This document shows, piece by piece, positions 28,921 through 45,499 of a stretch of 64,000 nt of DNA. The notes beneath the pieces were generated by a model. The model saw only the letters and a program-made list of their open reading frames with translations. It searched no databases and had not been told where the DNA came from. Each line of letters begins with the position of its first letter. Position 1 is the first letter of the stretch. Made by a program: the position numbers and the translations under genes. Source of the DNA: the human T2T-CHM13v2.0 reference genome, Homo sapiens; assembly GCF_009914755.1 (NCBI RefSeq), contig NC_060927.1; one strand, given 5' to 3'.

Positions 28921-31900
28921 ATATTATATTAGGTACATGAAATTTGAAAGTACATCAAATATAGATTATATACTGTACATAAAATATGAAAGTACCCCAA
29001 ATATATATTATATACTCTACATGAAATATCAAAGTTCACAAACTATATATTATATACTGTACATAAAATATCAAAGTACCCAAGGTATATATTCTATACT
29101 GTACAAAAAATATCAAAGTATCCAAAGCATGTATTATATACTGTATATAAAATATGAAAGTACATCAAATATATATTTTATTCTGTACATAAAATATCAA
29201 AGTACACCAGATATATATTCTATAGTGTACATAAAATATCAAAGTACCCAAACTATACATTATATACTGTATATAAAATATGAAATTACACCAAATATAT
29301 ATTATATTAGGTACATAAAATATGAAAGTACATCAAATATAGATTATATACTGTACATTAAATACCAAAGTACCCCAAATATATATTTTATACTGTACAT
29401 GAAATATCAAAGTTCACAAACTATATATTATATACTGTACATAAAATATCAATGTACCCAAGGTATATATTCTATACTGCACAAAAAATATCAAAGTACC
29501 CAAAGCATGTATTATATACTGTATATAAAATATGAAAGTACATCAAATATATATTTTATTCTGTACATAAAATATCAAAGTACACCAGATATATATTCTA
29601 TAGTGTACATAAAATAACAAAGTACACAAACTATAAATTATATCCTGTACATAAAATATGAAATTACATCAAATATATATTAGGTACATAAAATATGAAA
29701 GTACATCAAATATAGATTATATACTGTACATTAAGTACCAAAGTACACCAAATATATATTTTATACTCTACATGAAATATCAAAGTTCACAAACCATATA
29801 TTATATACTGTGCATAAAATATCAAAGTACCCAAGGTATATATTCTATACTGTACAAAAAATATCAAAGTACCCAAAGCATGTATTATATACTATACATA
29901 AAATATGAAATTACATCAAATATATATTTTATTCTGTACATAAAATATCAAAGTACACCAGATATATATTCTATAGTGTACATAAAATATCAAAATACCC
30001 AAACTATACATTATATACTGTACATAAAATATGAGATTACATCAAATATATATTATATTAGGTACATAAAATATGAAAGTACATCAAATATAGATTATAT
30101 ACTGTACATAAAATATCAAAGTACCCCGAATATATATTATATACTCTACATGAAATATCAAAGTTCACAAACTATATATTATATACTGTACATAAAATAT
30201 CAAAGTACCCAAGGTATATATTCTATACTGTACAAAAAATATCAAAGTACCCAAAGCATGTATTATATACTGTATATAAAATAAGAAAGTACATTAAATA
30301 TATATTTTATTCTGTACATAAAATATCAAAGTACACCAGATATATATTCTATAGTGTACATAAAATAACAAAGTACACAAACTATAAATTATATACTGTA
30401 CATAAAATATGAAATTACATCAAATATATATTAGGTACATAAAATATGAAAGTACATCAAATATAGATTATATACTGAACATATAATATCAATGTACCCC
30501 AAATATATATTTGATACTCTACATGAAATATCAAAGTTCAGAAACCATACATTATATACTGTACATAAAATATCAAAGTACCCAAAGTATATATTCTATA
30601 CTGTACAAAAAATATCAAAGTACCCAAAGCATGTATTATATACTGTACATAATATATGAAAGTACATCAAATATATATTTTATTCTGTACATAAAATATC
30701 AAAGTATAGGAAATATATATTCTATAGTGTACATAAAATATCAAAGTACCCAAACTATACATTATATACTGTACATAAAATATGAAATTACATCAAATAT
30801 ATATTAGGTACATAAAATATGAAAGTACATCAAATATAGATTATATACTGTACATAAAATATTAAAGTACCCCAAATATATATTATATACTCTACATGAA
30901 ATATCAAAGTTCACAAACTATATATTATACACTGTACATAAAATATCAAAGTACCCAAGGTATATATTCTATACTGTACAAAAAATATCAAGGTACCCAT
31001 AGCATGTATTATATAATGTACATAAAATATGAAAGTACATCAAATATATATTTTATTCTGTACATAAAATATCAAAGTACACCAGATATATATTCTATAG
31101 TGTACATAAAATAACAAAGTACCCAAACTATACATTATATACTGTACATAAAATATGAAATTACATCAAATATATATTAGGTACATAAAATATGAAAGAA
31201 CATCAAACATAGATTATATACTGTACAAAAAATATCAAAGTACCCCAAATATATATTATATACTCTACATGAAATATCAAATTTCACAAACTATATATTA
31301 TATACTGTACATAAAATATCAAAGTACCCAAGGTATATATTCTATACTGTACAAAAAATATCAAAGTACCCAAAGCATGTATTATATACTGTATATAAAA
31401 TATGAAAGTACATCAAATATATATTTTATTCTGTACATAAAATATCAAAGTACACCAGATATATATTCTATAGTGTACATAAAATAACAAAGTACACAAA
31501 CTATAAAATATATACTGTACATAAAATATGAAATTACATCAAATATATATTAGGTACATAAAATATGAAAGTACATCAAATATAGATTATATACTGTACA
31601 TATAATATCAATGTACCCGAAATATATATTTTATACTCTACATGAAATATCAAAGTTCACAAACCATATATTATATACTGTGCATAAAATATCAAAGTAC
31701 CCAAGGTATATATTCTATACTGTACAAAAAATATCAAAGTACCCAAAGCATGTATTATATACTGTACATAAAATATGAAATTACATCAAATATATATTTT
31801 ATTCTGTACATAAAATATCAAAGTACACCAGATATATATTCTATAGTGTACATAAAATATCAAAGTACCCAAACTATACATTATATACTGTACATAAAAT

Positions 31901-34900
31901 GTGAAATTACATCAAATATATATTATATTAGGTACATAAAATATGAAAGTACATCAAATATAGATTATATACTGTACATTAAATACCAATATACCCCAAA
32001 TATATATTTTATACTGTACATGAAATATCAAAGTTCACACACTATATATTATATACTGTACATAAAATATCAAAGTACCCAAGGTATATATTCTATACTG
32101 TACAAAAAACATCAAAGTACCCAAAGCATGTATTATATACTGTACATAAAATATGAAAGTACATCAAATATATATTTTATTCTGTACATAAAATATCAAA
32201 GTACACCAGATATATATTCTATAGTGTACATAAAATATCAAAGTACCCAAACTATACATTATATACTGTACATAAAATATGAAATTACATCAAATATATA
32301 TTATATTAGGTACATAAAATAAGAAAGTACATCAAATATAGATTATGTACTGTACATTAAATTTCAAAGTACCCCAAATATATATTATATACTCTACATG
32401 AAATATCAAAGTTCACAAACTATATATTATATACTGTACATAAAATATCAAAGTACCCAAGGTATATATTCTATACTGTACAAAAAATATCAAAGTATCC
32501 AAAGCATGTTTTATATACTGTATATAAAATATGAAAGTACATTAAAGATATATTGTATTCTGTACATAAAATATCAAAATACACCAGATATATATTCTAT
32601 AGTGTACATAAAATAACAAAGTACACAAATTATAAATTATATATTGTACATAAAATATGAAATTACATCAAATATATATTAGGTACATAAAATATGAAAG
32701 TACATCAAATATAGATTATATACTGTACATATAATATCAATGTACCCCAAATATATATTTTATACTCTACATGAAATATCAAAGTTCACAAACCATACAT
32801 TATATACTGTACATAAAATATGAAAGTACCCAAGTTATATATTCTATACTGTACAAAAGATATCAAAGTACCCAAAGCATGTATTATATACTGTACATAA
32901 AATATGAAAGTATATCAAATATATATTTTATTCTGTACATAAAATATCAAAGTACACCAGATATATATTCTATAGTGTACATAAAATATCAAAGTACCCA
33001 AACTATACATTATATACTGTACATAAAATATGAAATTACATCAAATATATATTATATTAGGTACATAAAATACGAAAGTACATCAAATATAGATTATATA
33101 CTGTACATAAAATATGAAAGTACCCCAATATATATTATATACTCTACATGAAATATCAAAGTTCACAAACTATATATTATGTACTGTACATAAAATATCA
33201 AACTACCCAAGGTATATATTCTATACTGTACAAAAAATATCAAAGTACCCAAAGCATGTATTATATAATGTACATAAAATATGAAAGTACATCAAATATA
33301 TATTTTATTCTGTACATAAAATATCAAAGAACACCAGATATATATTCTATAGTGTACATAAAATATCAAAGTACCCAAACTATACATTATATACTGTACA
33401 TAAAATATGAAATTACATCAAATATATATTATATTAGGTACATAAAATATGAAAGTACATCAAATATAGATTATATACTGTAAATATAATATCAATGTAC
33501 CCCAAATATATATTTTATACTCTACATGAAATATCAAAGTTCACAAACCATATATTATATACTGTACATAAAATATCAAAGTACCCAAGGTATATATTCT
33601 ATACTGTACAAAAAATATCAAAGTACCCAAAGCATGTATTATATACTATACCTAAAATATGAAAGTACATCAAATATATATTTTATTCTGTACATAAAAT
33701 ATCAAAGTACACCAGATATATATTCTACAGTGTACATAAAATATCAAAGTACCCAAACTATACATTATATACTGTACATAAAATATGACATTACATCAAA
33801 TATATATTATATTAGGTACATAAAATACGAAAGTACATCAAATATAGATTATATACTGTACATAAAATATCAAAGTACCCCAATATATATTATATACTGT
33901 ACATGAAATATCAAAGTTCACAAACTATATATTATGTACTGTACATAAAATATCAAAGTACCCAAGGCATATATTCTATACTGTACAAAAAATATCAAAG
34001 TACCCAAAGCATGTATTATATAATGTACATAAAATATGAAAGTACATCAAATATATATTTTATTCTGTACATAAAATATCAAAGTACACCAGATATATAT
34101 TCTATAGCGTACATAAAATATCAAAGTACACAAACTATACATTATATACTGTACATAAAATATGAAATTACATCAAATATATATTATATTAGGTACATAA
34201 AATACGAAAGTACATCAAATATAGATTATATACTGTACATAAAATATCAAAGTACCCCAATATATATTATATACTGTACATGAAATATCAAAGTTCACAA
34301 ACTATATATTATGTACTGTACATAAAATATCAAAGTACCCAAGGTATATATTCTATACTGTACAAAAAATATCAAAGTACCCAAAGCATGTATTATATAA
34401 TGTACATAAAATATGAAAGTACATCAAATATATATTTTATTCTGTACATAAAATATCAAAGAACACCAGATATATATTCTATAGTGTACATAAAATATCA
34501 AAGTACCCAAACTATACATTATATACTGTACATAAAATATGAAATTACATCATATATATATTAGGTACATAAAATATGAAAGTACATCAAATATATATTT
34601 TATTCTGTACATAAAATATCAAAGTACACCAGATATATATTCTATAGTGTACATAAAATAACAAAGTACACAAACTATAAATTATATACTGTACATAAAA
34701 TATGAAATTACATCAAATATATATTAGGTACATAAAATATGAAAGTACATCAAATATAGATTATATACTGTACATATAATATCAATGTACCCGAAATATA
34801 TATTTTATACTCTACATGAAATATCAAAGTTCACAAACCATATATTGTATACTGCACATAAAATATCAAAATACCCAAGGTATATATTCTATACTGTACA

Positions 34901-37900
34901 AAAAATATCAAAGTACCCAAAGCAGGTATTATATACTGTACATAAAATATGAAAGTACATCAAATATATATTTTATTCTGTACATAAAATATCAAAGTAC
35001 ACCAGATATATATTCTATAGCGTACATAAAATATCAAAGTACACAAACTATACATTATATACTGTACATAAAATATGAAATTACATCAAATATATATTAT
35101 ATTAGGTACATAAAATATGAAAGTACATCAAATATAGATTATATACTGTAAATATAATATCAATGTACCCCAAATATATATTTTATACTCTACATGAAAT
35201 ATCAAAGTTCACAAACCATATATTATATACTGTACATAAAATATCAAAGTACCCAAGGTATATATTCTATACTGTACAAAAAATATCAAAGTACCCAAAG
35301 CATGTATTATATACTGTACATAAAATATGAAAGTACATCAAATATATATTTTATTCTGTACATAAAATATCAAAGTACACCAGATATATATTCTATAGTG
35401 TACATAAAATATCAAAGTACCCAAACTATACATTATATACTGTACATAAAATATGAAATTACATCAAATATATATTATATTAGGTAAATGAAATATGAAA
35501 GTACATCAAATATAGATTATATACTGTACATAAAATATGAAAGTACCCCAAATATATATTATATACTCTACATGAAATATCAAAGTTCACAAACTATATA
35601 TTATATACTGTCCATAAAATATCAAAGTACCCAAGGTATATATTTTATACTGTACAAAAAATATCAAAGTACCCAAAGCATGTATTATATACTATACCTA
35701 AAATATGAAAGTACATCAAATATATATTTTATTCTGTACATAAAATATCAAAGTACACCAGATATATATTCTACAGTGTATATAAAATATCAAAGTACCC
35801 AAACTATACATTATATACTGTACATAAAATATGAAATTACATCAAATATATATTATATTAGGTACATAAAATATGAAAGTACATGAAGTATAGATTATAT
35901 ACTGTACATAAAATATCAAAGTACCCCAAATTTATATTATATACTATACATGAAATATCAAAGTTCACAAACTATATATTATATACTGTACATAAAATAT
36001 CAAAGTACCCAAGGTATATATTCTATAGTGTACAAAAAATATCAAAGTACCCAAAGCATGTATTATATACCGTACGTAAAATATAAAATTACATCAAATA
36101 TATATTTTATTCTGTACATAAAATATCAAAGTACACCAGATATATATACTATAGTGTACATAAAATATCAAAGTACCCAAACTATACATTATACACTGCA
36201 CATAAAATATGAAATTACATCAAATATATATTAGGTACATAAAATATGAAAGTACATCAAATATAGATTATATACTGTAAATATAATATCAATGTACCCC
36301 AAATATATATTTTATACTCTACATGAAATATCAAAGTTCACAAACCATATATTATATACTGTACATAAAATATCAAAGTACCCAAGGTATATATTCTATA
36401 CTGTACAAAAAATATCAAAGTACCCAAAGCATGTATTATATACTGTACATAAAATATGAAAGTACATCAAATATATATTTTATTCTGTACATAAAATATC
36501 AAAGTACACCAGATATATATTCTATAGTGTACATAAAATATCAAAGTACCCAAACTATACATTATATACTGTACATAAAATATGAAATTACATCAAATAT
36601 ATATTATATTAGGTACATGAAATTTGAAAGTACATCAAATATAGATTATATACTGTACATAAAATATGAAAGTATCCCAAATATATATTATATACTCTAC
36701 ATGAAATATCAAAGTTCACAAACTATATATTATATACTGTACATAAAATATCAAAGTACCCAAGGTATATATTCTATACTGTACAAAAAATATCAAAGTA
36801 TCCAAAGCATGTATTATATACTGTATATAAAATATGAAAGTACATCAAATATATATTTTATTCTGTACATAAAATATCAAAGTACACCAGATATATATTC
36901 TATAGTGTACATAAAATATCAAAGTACCCAAACTATACATTATATACTGTACATAAAATATGAAATTACATCAAATATATATTATATTAGGTACATAAAA
37001 TACGAAAGTACATCAAATATAGATTATATACTGTACATAAAATATGAAAGTACCCCAATATATATTATATACTCTACATGAAATATCAAAGTTCACAAAC
37101 TATATATTATGTACTGTACATAAAATATCAAACTACCCAAGGTATATATTCTATACTGTACAAAAAATATCAAAGTACCCAAAGCATGTATTATATAATG
37201 TACATAAAATATGAAAGTACATCAAATATATATTTTATTCTGTACATAAAATATCAAAGAACACCAGATATATATTCTATAGTGTACATAAAATATCAAA
37301 GTACCCAAACTATACATTATATACTGTACATAAAATATGAGATTACATCAAATATATATTATATTAGGTACATAAAATATGAAAGTACATCAGATATAGA
37401 TTATATACTGTACATAAAATATCAAAATACCCCAAATATATATTATATACTCTACATGAAATATCAAAGTTCACAAACTATATATTATATACTGTACATA
37501 AAATATCAAAGTACCCAAGGTATATATTCTATACTGTACAAAAAATATCAAAATACCCAAAGCATGTATTATATACTGTATATAAAATATGAAAGTACAT
37601 CAAATATATATTTTATTCTGTACATAAAATATCAAAGTACACCAGATATATATTCTATAGTGTACATAAAATATCAAAGTACCCAAACTATACATTATAT
37701 ACTGTACATAAAATATGAAATTACAGCAAATATATATTATATTAGGTACATAAAATATGAAAGTACATCAAATATAGATTATATACTGTACATTAAATAC
37801 CAAAGTACCCCAAATATATATTTTATACTGTACATGAAATATCAAAGTTCACAAACTATATATTATATACTGTACATAAAATATCAATGTACCCAAGGTA

Positions 37901-39502
37901 TATATTCTATACTGCACAAAAAATATCAAAGTACCCAAAGCATGTATTATATACTGTATATAAAATATGAAAGTACATCAAATATATATTTTATTCTGTA
38001 CATAAAATATCAAAGTACACCAGATATATATTCTATAGTGTACATAAAATATCAAAGTACCCAAACTATACATTATATACTGTACATAAAATATGAAATT
38101 ACATCAAATATATATTATATTAGGTACATAAAATACGAAAGTACATCAAATATAGATTATATACTGTACATAAAATATCAAAGTACCCCAATATATATTA
38201 TATACTGTACATGAAATATCAAAGTTCACAAACTATATATTATGTACTGTACATAAAATATCAAAGTACCCAAGGTATATATTCTATACTGTACAAAAAA
38301 TATCAAAGTACCCAAAGCATGTATTATATAATGTACATAAAATATGAAAGTACATCAAATATATATTTTATTCTGTACATAAAATATCAAAGAACACCAG
38401 ATATATATTCTATAGTGTACATAAAATATCAAAGTACCCAAACTATACATTATATACTGTACATAAAATATGAAATTACATCATATATATATTAGGTGCA
38501 TAAAATATGAAAGTACATCAAATATATATTTTATTCTGTACATAAAATATCAAAGTACACCAGATATATATTCTATAGTGTACATAAAATAACAAAGTAC
38601 ACAAACTATAAATTATATACTGTACATAAAATATGAAATTACATCAAATATATATTAGGTACATAAAATATGAAAGTACATCAAATATAGATTATATACT
38701 GTACATATAATATCAATGTACCCGAAATATATATTTTATACTCTACATGAAATATCAAAGTTCACAAACCATATATTGTATACTGCACATAAAATATCAA
38801 AATACCCAAGGTATATATTCTATACTGTACAAAAAATATCAAAGTACCCAAAGCATGTATTATATACTGTACATAAAATATGAAAGTACATCAAATATAT
38901 ATTTTATTCTGTACATAAAATATCAAAGTACACCACATATATATTCTATAGTGTACATAAAATATCAAAGTACCCAAACTATATATTATATACAGTACAT
39001 AAAATATGAAATTACATCAAATATGTATTATATTAGGTACATAAAATATGAAAGTACATCAAATATAGATTATATACCATACATAAAATATCAAAGTACC
39101 CCAAATATATATTATATACTATACATGAAATATCAAATATCACAAACTATATATTATATACTGTACATAAAATATCAAAGTACCCAATGTATATATTCTA
39201 TAGTGTACAAAAAATATCAAAGTACCCAAAGCATGTATTATATACTGTACATAAAATATAAAAGTACATCAAATATATATTTTATTCTGTACATAAAATA
39301 TGAAAGTACACCAGATATATATTCTATAGTGTACATAAAATATCAAAGTACCCAAACTATACATTATATACTGTACATAAAATATGAAATTACATCAAAT
39401 ATATATTACATTAGGTACTTAAAATATGAAAGTACATCAAATATAGATTATATACTGTACATAAAATATCAAAGTACCACAAATATATATTATATACTGT
39501 AC

Positions 39503-39753
39503 ATGAAATATCAAAGTTCACAACTATATATTATATACTGTACATAAAATATCAAAGTCCCCAAGGTATATATTCTATACTGTACAAAAAATATCAAAGT
39601 ACACAAAGCATGTATTATATACTGTACATAAAATATGAAATTACATCAAATATATATTATATTAGGTACATAAAATATGAAAGTGCATCAAATATAGATT
39701 ATATACTGTACATAAAATATCAAAGTACCCCAAATATATATTATATACTGTAC
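39503..39753 (+). repeat. 251-bp 6-mer variant unit (m1-3 + m7-9)
   Basis: m3 (CAAAGCATGT) is followed directly by m7 (GAAATTAC...TTAGG), and m1 has a 1-bp deletion (TTCACAACT). Further copies start at 49869 and 59926. Confidence 0.88.
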
Positions 39754-40508
39754 ATGTAATATCAAAGTTCACAACTATATATTACATACTGTACATAAAA
39801 TATCAAAGTACCCAAGGTATATATTCTATACTGTACAAAAAATATCAAAGTACCCAAAGCATGTATTATATACTGTACATAAAATATGAAAGTACATCAA
39901 ATATATATTTTATTCTGTACATAAAATATCAAAGTACACCAGATATATATTCTATAGTGTATATAAAATATCAAAGTACCCAAACTATACATTATATACT
40001 GTACATAAAATATGAAATTACATCAAATATATATTATATTAGGTACATAAAATATGAAAGTACATGAAGTATAGATTATATACTGTACATAAAATATCAA
40101 AGTACCCCAAATTTATATTATATACTATACATGAAATATCAAAGTTCACAAACTATATATTATATACTGTACATAAAATATCAAAGTACCCAAGGTATAT
40201 ATTCTATAGTGTACAAAAAATATCAAAGTACCCAAAGCATGTATTATATACCGTACATAAAATATAAAATTACATCAAATATATATTTTATTCTGTACAT
40301 AAAATATCAAAGTACACCAGATATATATTCTATAGAGTACATAAAATATCAAAGTACCCAAACTATACATTACATACTGTACATAAAATATGAAATTACA
40401 TCAAATATATATTATAATAGGTACATAAAATATGAAAGTACATCAAATATAGATTATATACTGTACATTAAATACGAAAGTACCCCAAATATATATTTTA
40501 TAGTGTAC

Positions 40509-40844
40509 ATGAAATATCAAAGTACCCAAGGTATATATTCTATACTGTACAAAAAATATCAAAGTACCCAAAGCATGTATTACAAACTGTACATAAAATA
40601 TGAAAGTCCATCAAATATATATTTTATTCTGTACATAAAATATCAAAGTACACCAGATATATATTCTATAGTGAACATAAAATATCAAAGTACCCAAACT
40701 ATACATTATATACTGTACATAAAATATGAAATTACATCAAATATATATTATATTAGGTAAATAAAATATGAAAGTACATCAAATATAGATTATATACTGT
40801 ACATTAAGTACCAAAGTACCCCAAATATATATTTTATACTGTAC
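40509..40844 (+). repeat. 336-bp 8-mer variant unit with fused m1/m2 monomer
   Basis: ATGAAATAT(C/T)AAAGTACCCAAGG joins the m1 head to the m2 tail, giving a spacing of 336 = 8x42. Further copies start at 50875, 54167 and 60932. Confidence 0.88.
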
Positions 40845-43102
40845 ATGAAATATCAAAGTTCACAAACTATATATTATATACTGTACATAAAATATGAAAG
40901 TACCCAAGGTATATACTCTATACTGTACAAAAAATATCAAAGTACCCAAAGCATGTATTATATACTGTACATAAAGTAAGAAAGTACATCAAATATATAT
41001 TTTATTCTGTACATAAAATATCAAGGTACACCAGATATATATTCTATAGTGTACATAAAATATCAAAGTACCCAAACTATAAATTATATACTGTACATAA
41101 AATATGAAATTACATCAAATATATATTATATTAGGTACATAAAATATGAAAGTACATCAAATATAGATTATATACTCTACATTAAATACCAAAGTACCCC
41201 AAATATATGTTTTATACTGTACATGAAATATCAAAGTTCACAAAGTATATATTATATACTGTACATAAAATATCAAAGTACCCAAGGTATATATTCTATA
41301 CTGTACAAAAGATATCAAAGTACCCAAAGCATGTATTATATACTGTACATAAAATATGAAAGTACATCATATATATATTTTATTCTGTACATAAAATATT
41401 AAAGTACACCAGATATATATTCTATAGTGTACATAAAATATCAAAGTACCCAAACTATACATTATATACTGTACATAAAATATGAAATTACATCAAATAT
41501 ATATTAAGTACATAAAATATGAAAGTACATCAAATATAGATTATATACTGTACATAAAATATCAATGTACACCAAATATATATTATATACTCTACATGAA
41601 ATATCAAAGTTCACAAACTATATATTATATACTGTCCATAAAATATCAAAGTACCCAAGGTATATATTCTATACTGTACAAAAAATATCAAAGTAAACAA
41701 AGCATGTATTATATACTGTATATAAAATATGAAAGTACATCAAATATATATTTTATTCTGTACATAAAATATCAAAATACACCAGATATATATTCTATAG
41801 TGTATATAAAATATCAAAGTACCCAAACTATACATTATATACTGTACATAAAATATGAAATTACATCAAATATATATTATATTAGGTACATAAAATATGA
41901 AAGTACATGAAGTATAGATTATATACTGTACATAAAATATCAAAGTACCCCAAATTTATATTATATACTATACATGAAATATCAAAGTTCACAAACTATA
42001 TATTATATACTGTACATAAAATATCAAAGAACCCAAGGTATATATTCTATAGTGTACAAAAAATATCAAAGTACGCAAAGCATGTATTATATACCGTACA
42101 TAAAATATAAAATTACATCAAATATATATTTTATTCTGTACATAAAATATCAAAGTACACCAGATATATATACTATAGTGTACATAAAATATCAAAGTAC
42201 CCAAACTATACATTATACACTGCACATAAAATATGAAATTACATCAAATATATATTAGGTACATAAAATATGAAAGTACATCAAATATAGATTATATACT
42301 GTAAATATAATATCAATGTACCCCAAATATATATTTTATACTCTACATGAAATATCAAAGTTCACAAACCATATATTATATACTGTACATAAAATATCAA
42401 AGTACCCAAGGTATATATTCTATACTGAACAAAAAATATCAAAGTACCCAAAGCATGTATTATATACTGTACATAAAATATGAAAGTACATCAAATATAT
42501 ATTTTATTCTGTACATAAAATATCAAAGTACACCAGATATATATTCTATAGTGTACATAAAATATCAAAGTACCCAAACTATACATTATATACTGCACAT
42601 AAAATATGAAATTACATCAAATATATATTATATTAGGTACATGAAATATGAAAGTACATCAAATATAGATTATATACTGTACATAAAATATGAAAGTACC
42701 CCAAATATATATTATATACTCTACATGAAATATCAAAGTTCACAAACTATATATTATATACTGTACATAAAATATCAAAGTACCCAAGGTATATATTCTA
42801 TACTGTACAAAAAATATCAAAGTATCCAAAGCATGTATTATATACTGTATATAAAATATGAAAGTACATCAAATATATATTTTATTCTGTACATAAAATA
42901 TCAAAGTACACCAGATATATATTCTATAGTGTACATAAAATATCAAAGTACCCAAACTATACATTATATACTGTACATAAAATATGAAATTACAGCAAAT
43001 ATATATTATATTAGGTACATAAAATATGAAAGTACATCAAATATAGATTATATACTGTACATTAAATACCAAAGTACCCCAAATATATATTTTATACTGT
43101 AC

Positions 43103-43685
43103 ATGAAATATCAAAGTTCACAAACTATATATTATATACTGTACATAAAATATCAATGTACCCAAGGTATATATTCTATACTGCACAAAAAATATCAAAG
43201 TACCCAAAGCATGTATTATATACTGTATATAAAATATGAAACTACATCAAATATATATTTTATTCTGTACATAAAATATCAAAGTACACCAGATATATAT
43301 TCTATAGTGTACATAAAATAACAAAGTACACAAACTATAAATTATATCCTGTACATAAAATATGAAATTACATCAAATATATATTAGGTACATAAAATAT
43401 GAAAGTACATCAAATATAGATTATATACTGTACATTAAGTACCAAAGTACAGCAAATATATATTTTATTCTGTACATAAAATATCAAAGTACACCAGATA
43501 TATATTCTATAGTGTACATAAAATATCAAAGTACCCAAACTATACATTATATACTGTACATAAAATATGAAATTACATCAAATATATATTATATTAGGTA
43601 AATGAAATATGAAAGTACATCAAATATAGATTATATACTGTACATAAAATATGAAAGTACCCCAAATATATATTATATACTCTAC
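43103..43685 (+). repeat. 583-bp 14-mer variant unit with hybrid m9/m4 monomer
   Basis: Spacing 43103->43686 is 583 = 14x42-5. At about 43432-43473, CATTAAGTACCAAAGTACAGCAAATATATATTTTATTCTG goes back to m5 instead of on to m1. Confidence 0.85.
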
Positions 43686-45499
43686 ATGAAATATCAAAGT
43701 TCACAAACTATATATTATATACTGTACATAAAATATCAAAGTACCCAAGGTATATATTCTATACTGTACAAAAAATATCAAAGTATCCAAAGCATGTATT
43801 ATATACTGTATATAAAATATGAAAGTACATCAAATATATATTTTATTCTGTACATAAAATATCAAAGTACACCAGATATATATTCTATAGTGTACATAAA
43901 ATATCAAAGTACCCAAACTATACATTATATACTGTACATAAAATATGAAATTACAGCAAATATATATTATATTAGGTACATAAAATATGAAAGTACATCA
44001 AATATAGATTATATACTCTACATTAAATACCAAAGTACCCCAAAGATATATTTTATACTGTACATGAAATATCAAAGTTCACAAACTATATATTATATAC
44101 TGTACATAAAATATCAATGTACCCAAGGTATATATTCTATACTGCACAAAAAATATCAAAGTACCCAAAGCATGTATTATATACTGTATATAAAATATGA
44201 AAGTACATCAAATATATATTTTATTCTGTACATAAAATATCAAAGTACACCAGATATATATTCTATAGTGTACATAAAATATCAAAGTACCCAAACTATA
44301 CATTATATACTGTACATAAAATATGAAATTACATCAAATATATATTATATTAGGTACATAAAATACTAAAGTACATCAAATATAGATTATATACTGTACA
44401 TAAAATATGAAAGTACCCCAATATATATTATATACTCTATATGAAATATCAAAGTTCACAAACTATATATTATGTACTGTACATAAAATATCAAACTACC
44501 CAAGGTATATATTCTATACTGTACAAAAAATATCAAAGTACCCAAAGCATGTATTATATAATGTACATAAAATATGAAAGTACATCAAATATATATTTTA
44601 TTCTGTACATAAAATATCAAAGAACACCAGATATATATTCTATAGTGTACATAAAATATCAAAGTACCCAAACTATACATTATATACTGTACATAAAATA
44701 TGAAATTACATCATATATATATTAGGTACATAAAATATGAAAGTACATCAAATATATATTTTATTCTGTACATAAAATATCAAAGTACACCAGATATATA
44801 TTCTATAGTGTACATAAAATAACAAAGTACACAAACTATAAAATATATACTGTACATAAAATATGAAATTACATCAAATATATATTAGGTACATAAAATA
44901 TGAAAGTACATCAAATATAGATTATATACTGTACATATAATATCAATGTACCCGAAATATATATTTTATACTCTACATGAAATATCAAAGTTCACAAACC
45001 ATATATTGTATACTGCACATAAAATATCAAAATACCCAAGGTATATATTCTATACTGTACAAAAAATATCAAAGTACCCAAAGCAGGTATTATATACTGT
45101 ATATAAAATATGAAAGTACATCAAATATATATTTTATTCTGTACATAAAATATCAAAGTACACCAGATATATATTCTATAGTGTACATAAAATATCAAGG
45201 TACCCAAACTATATATTATATACTGTACATAAAATATGAAATTACAGCAAATATATATTATATTAGGTACATAAAATATGAAAGTACATCAAATATAGAT
45301 TATATACTGTACATTAAATACCAAAGTACCCCAAATATATATTTTATACTGTACATGAAATATCAAAGTTCACAAACTATATATTATATACTGTACATAA
45401 AATATCAATGTACCCAAGGTATATATTCTATACTGCACAAAAAATATCAAAGTACCCAAAGTATGTATTATATACTGTATATAAAATATGAAAGTACAT

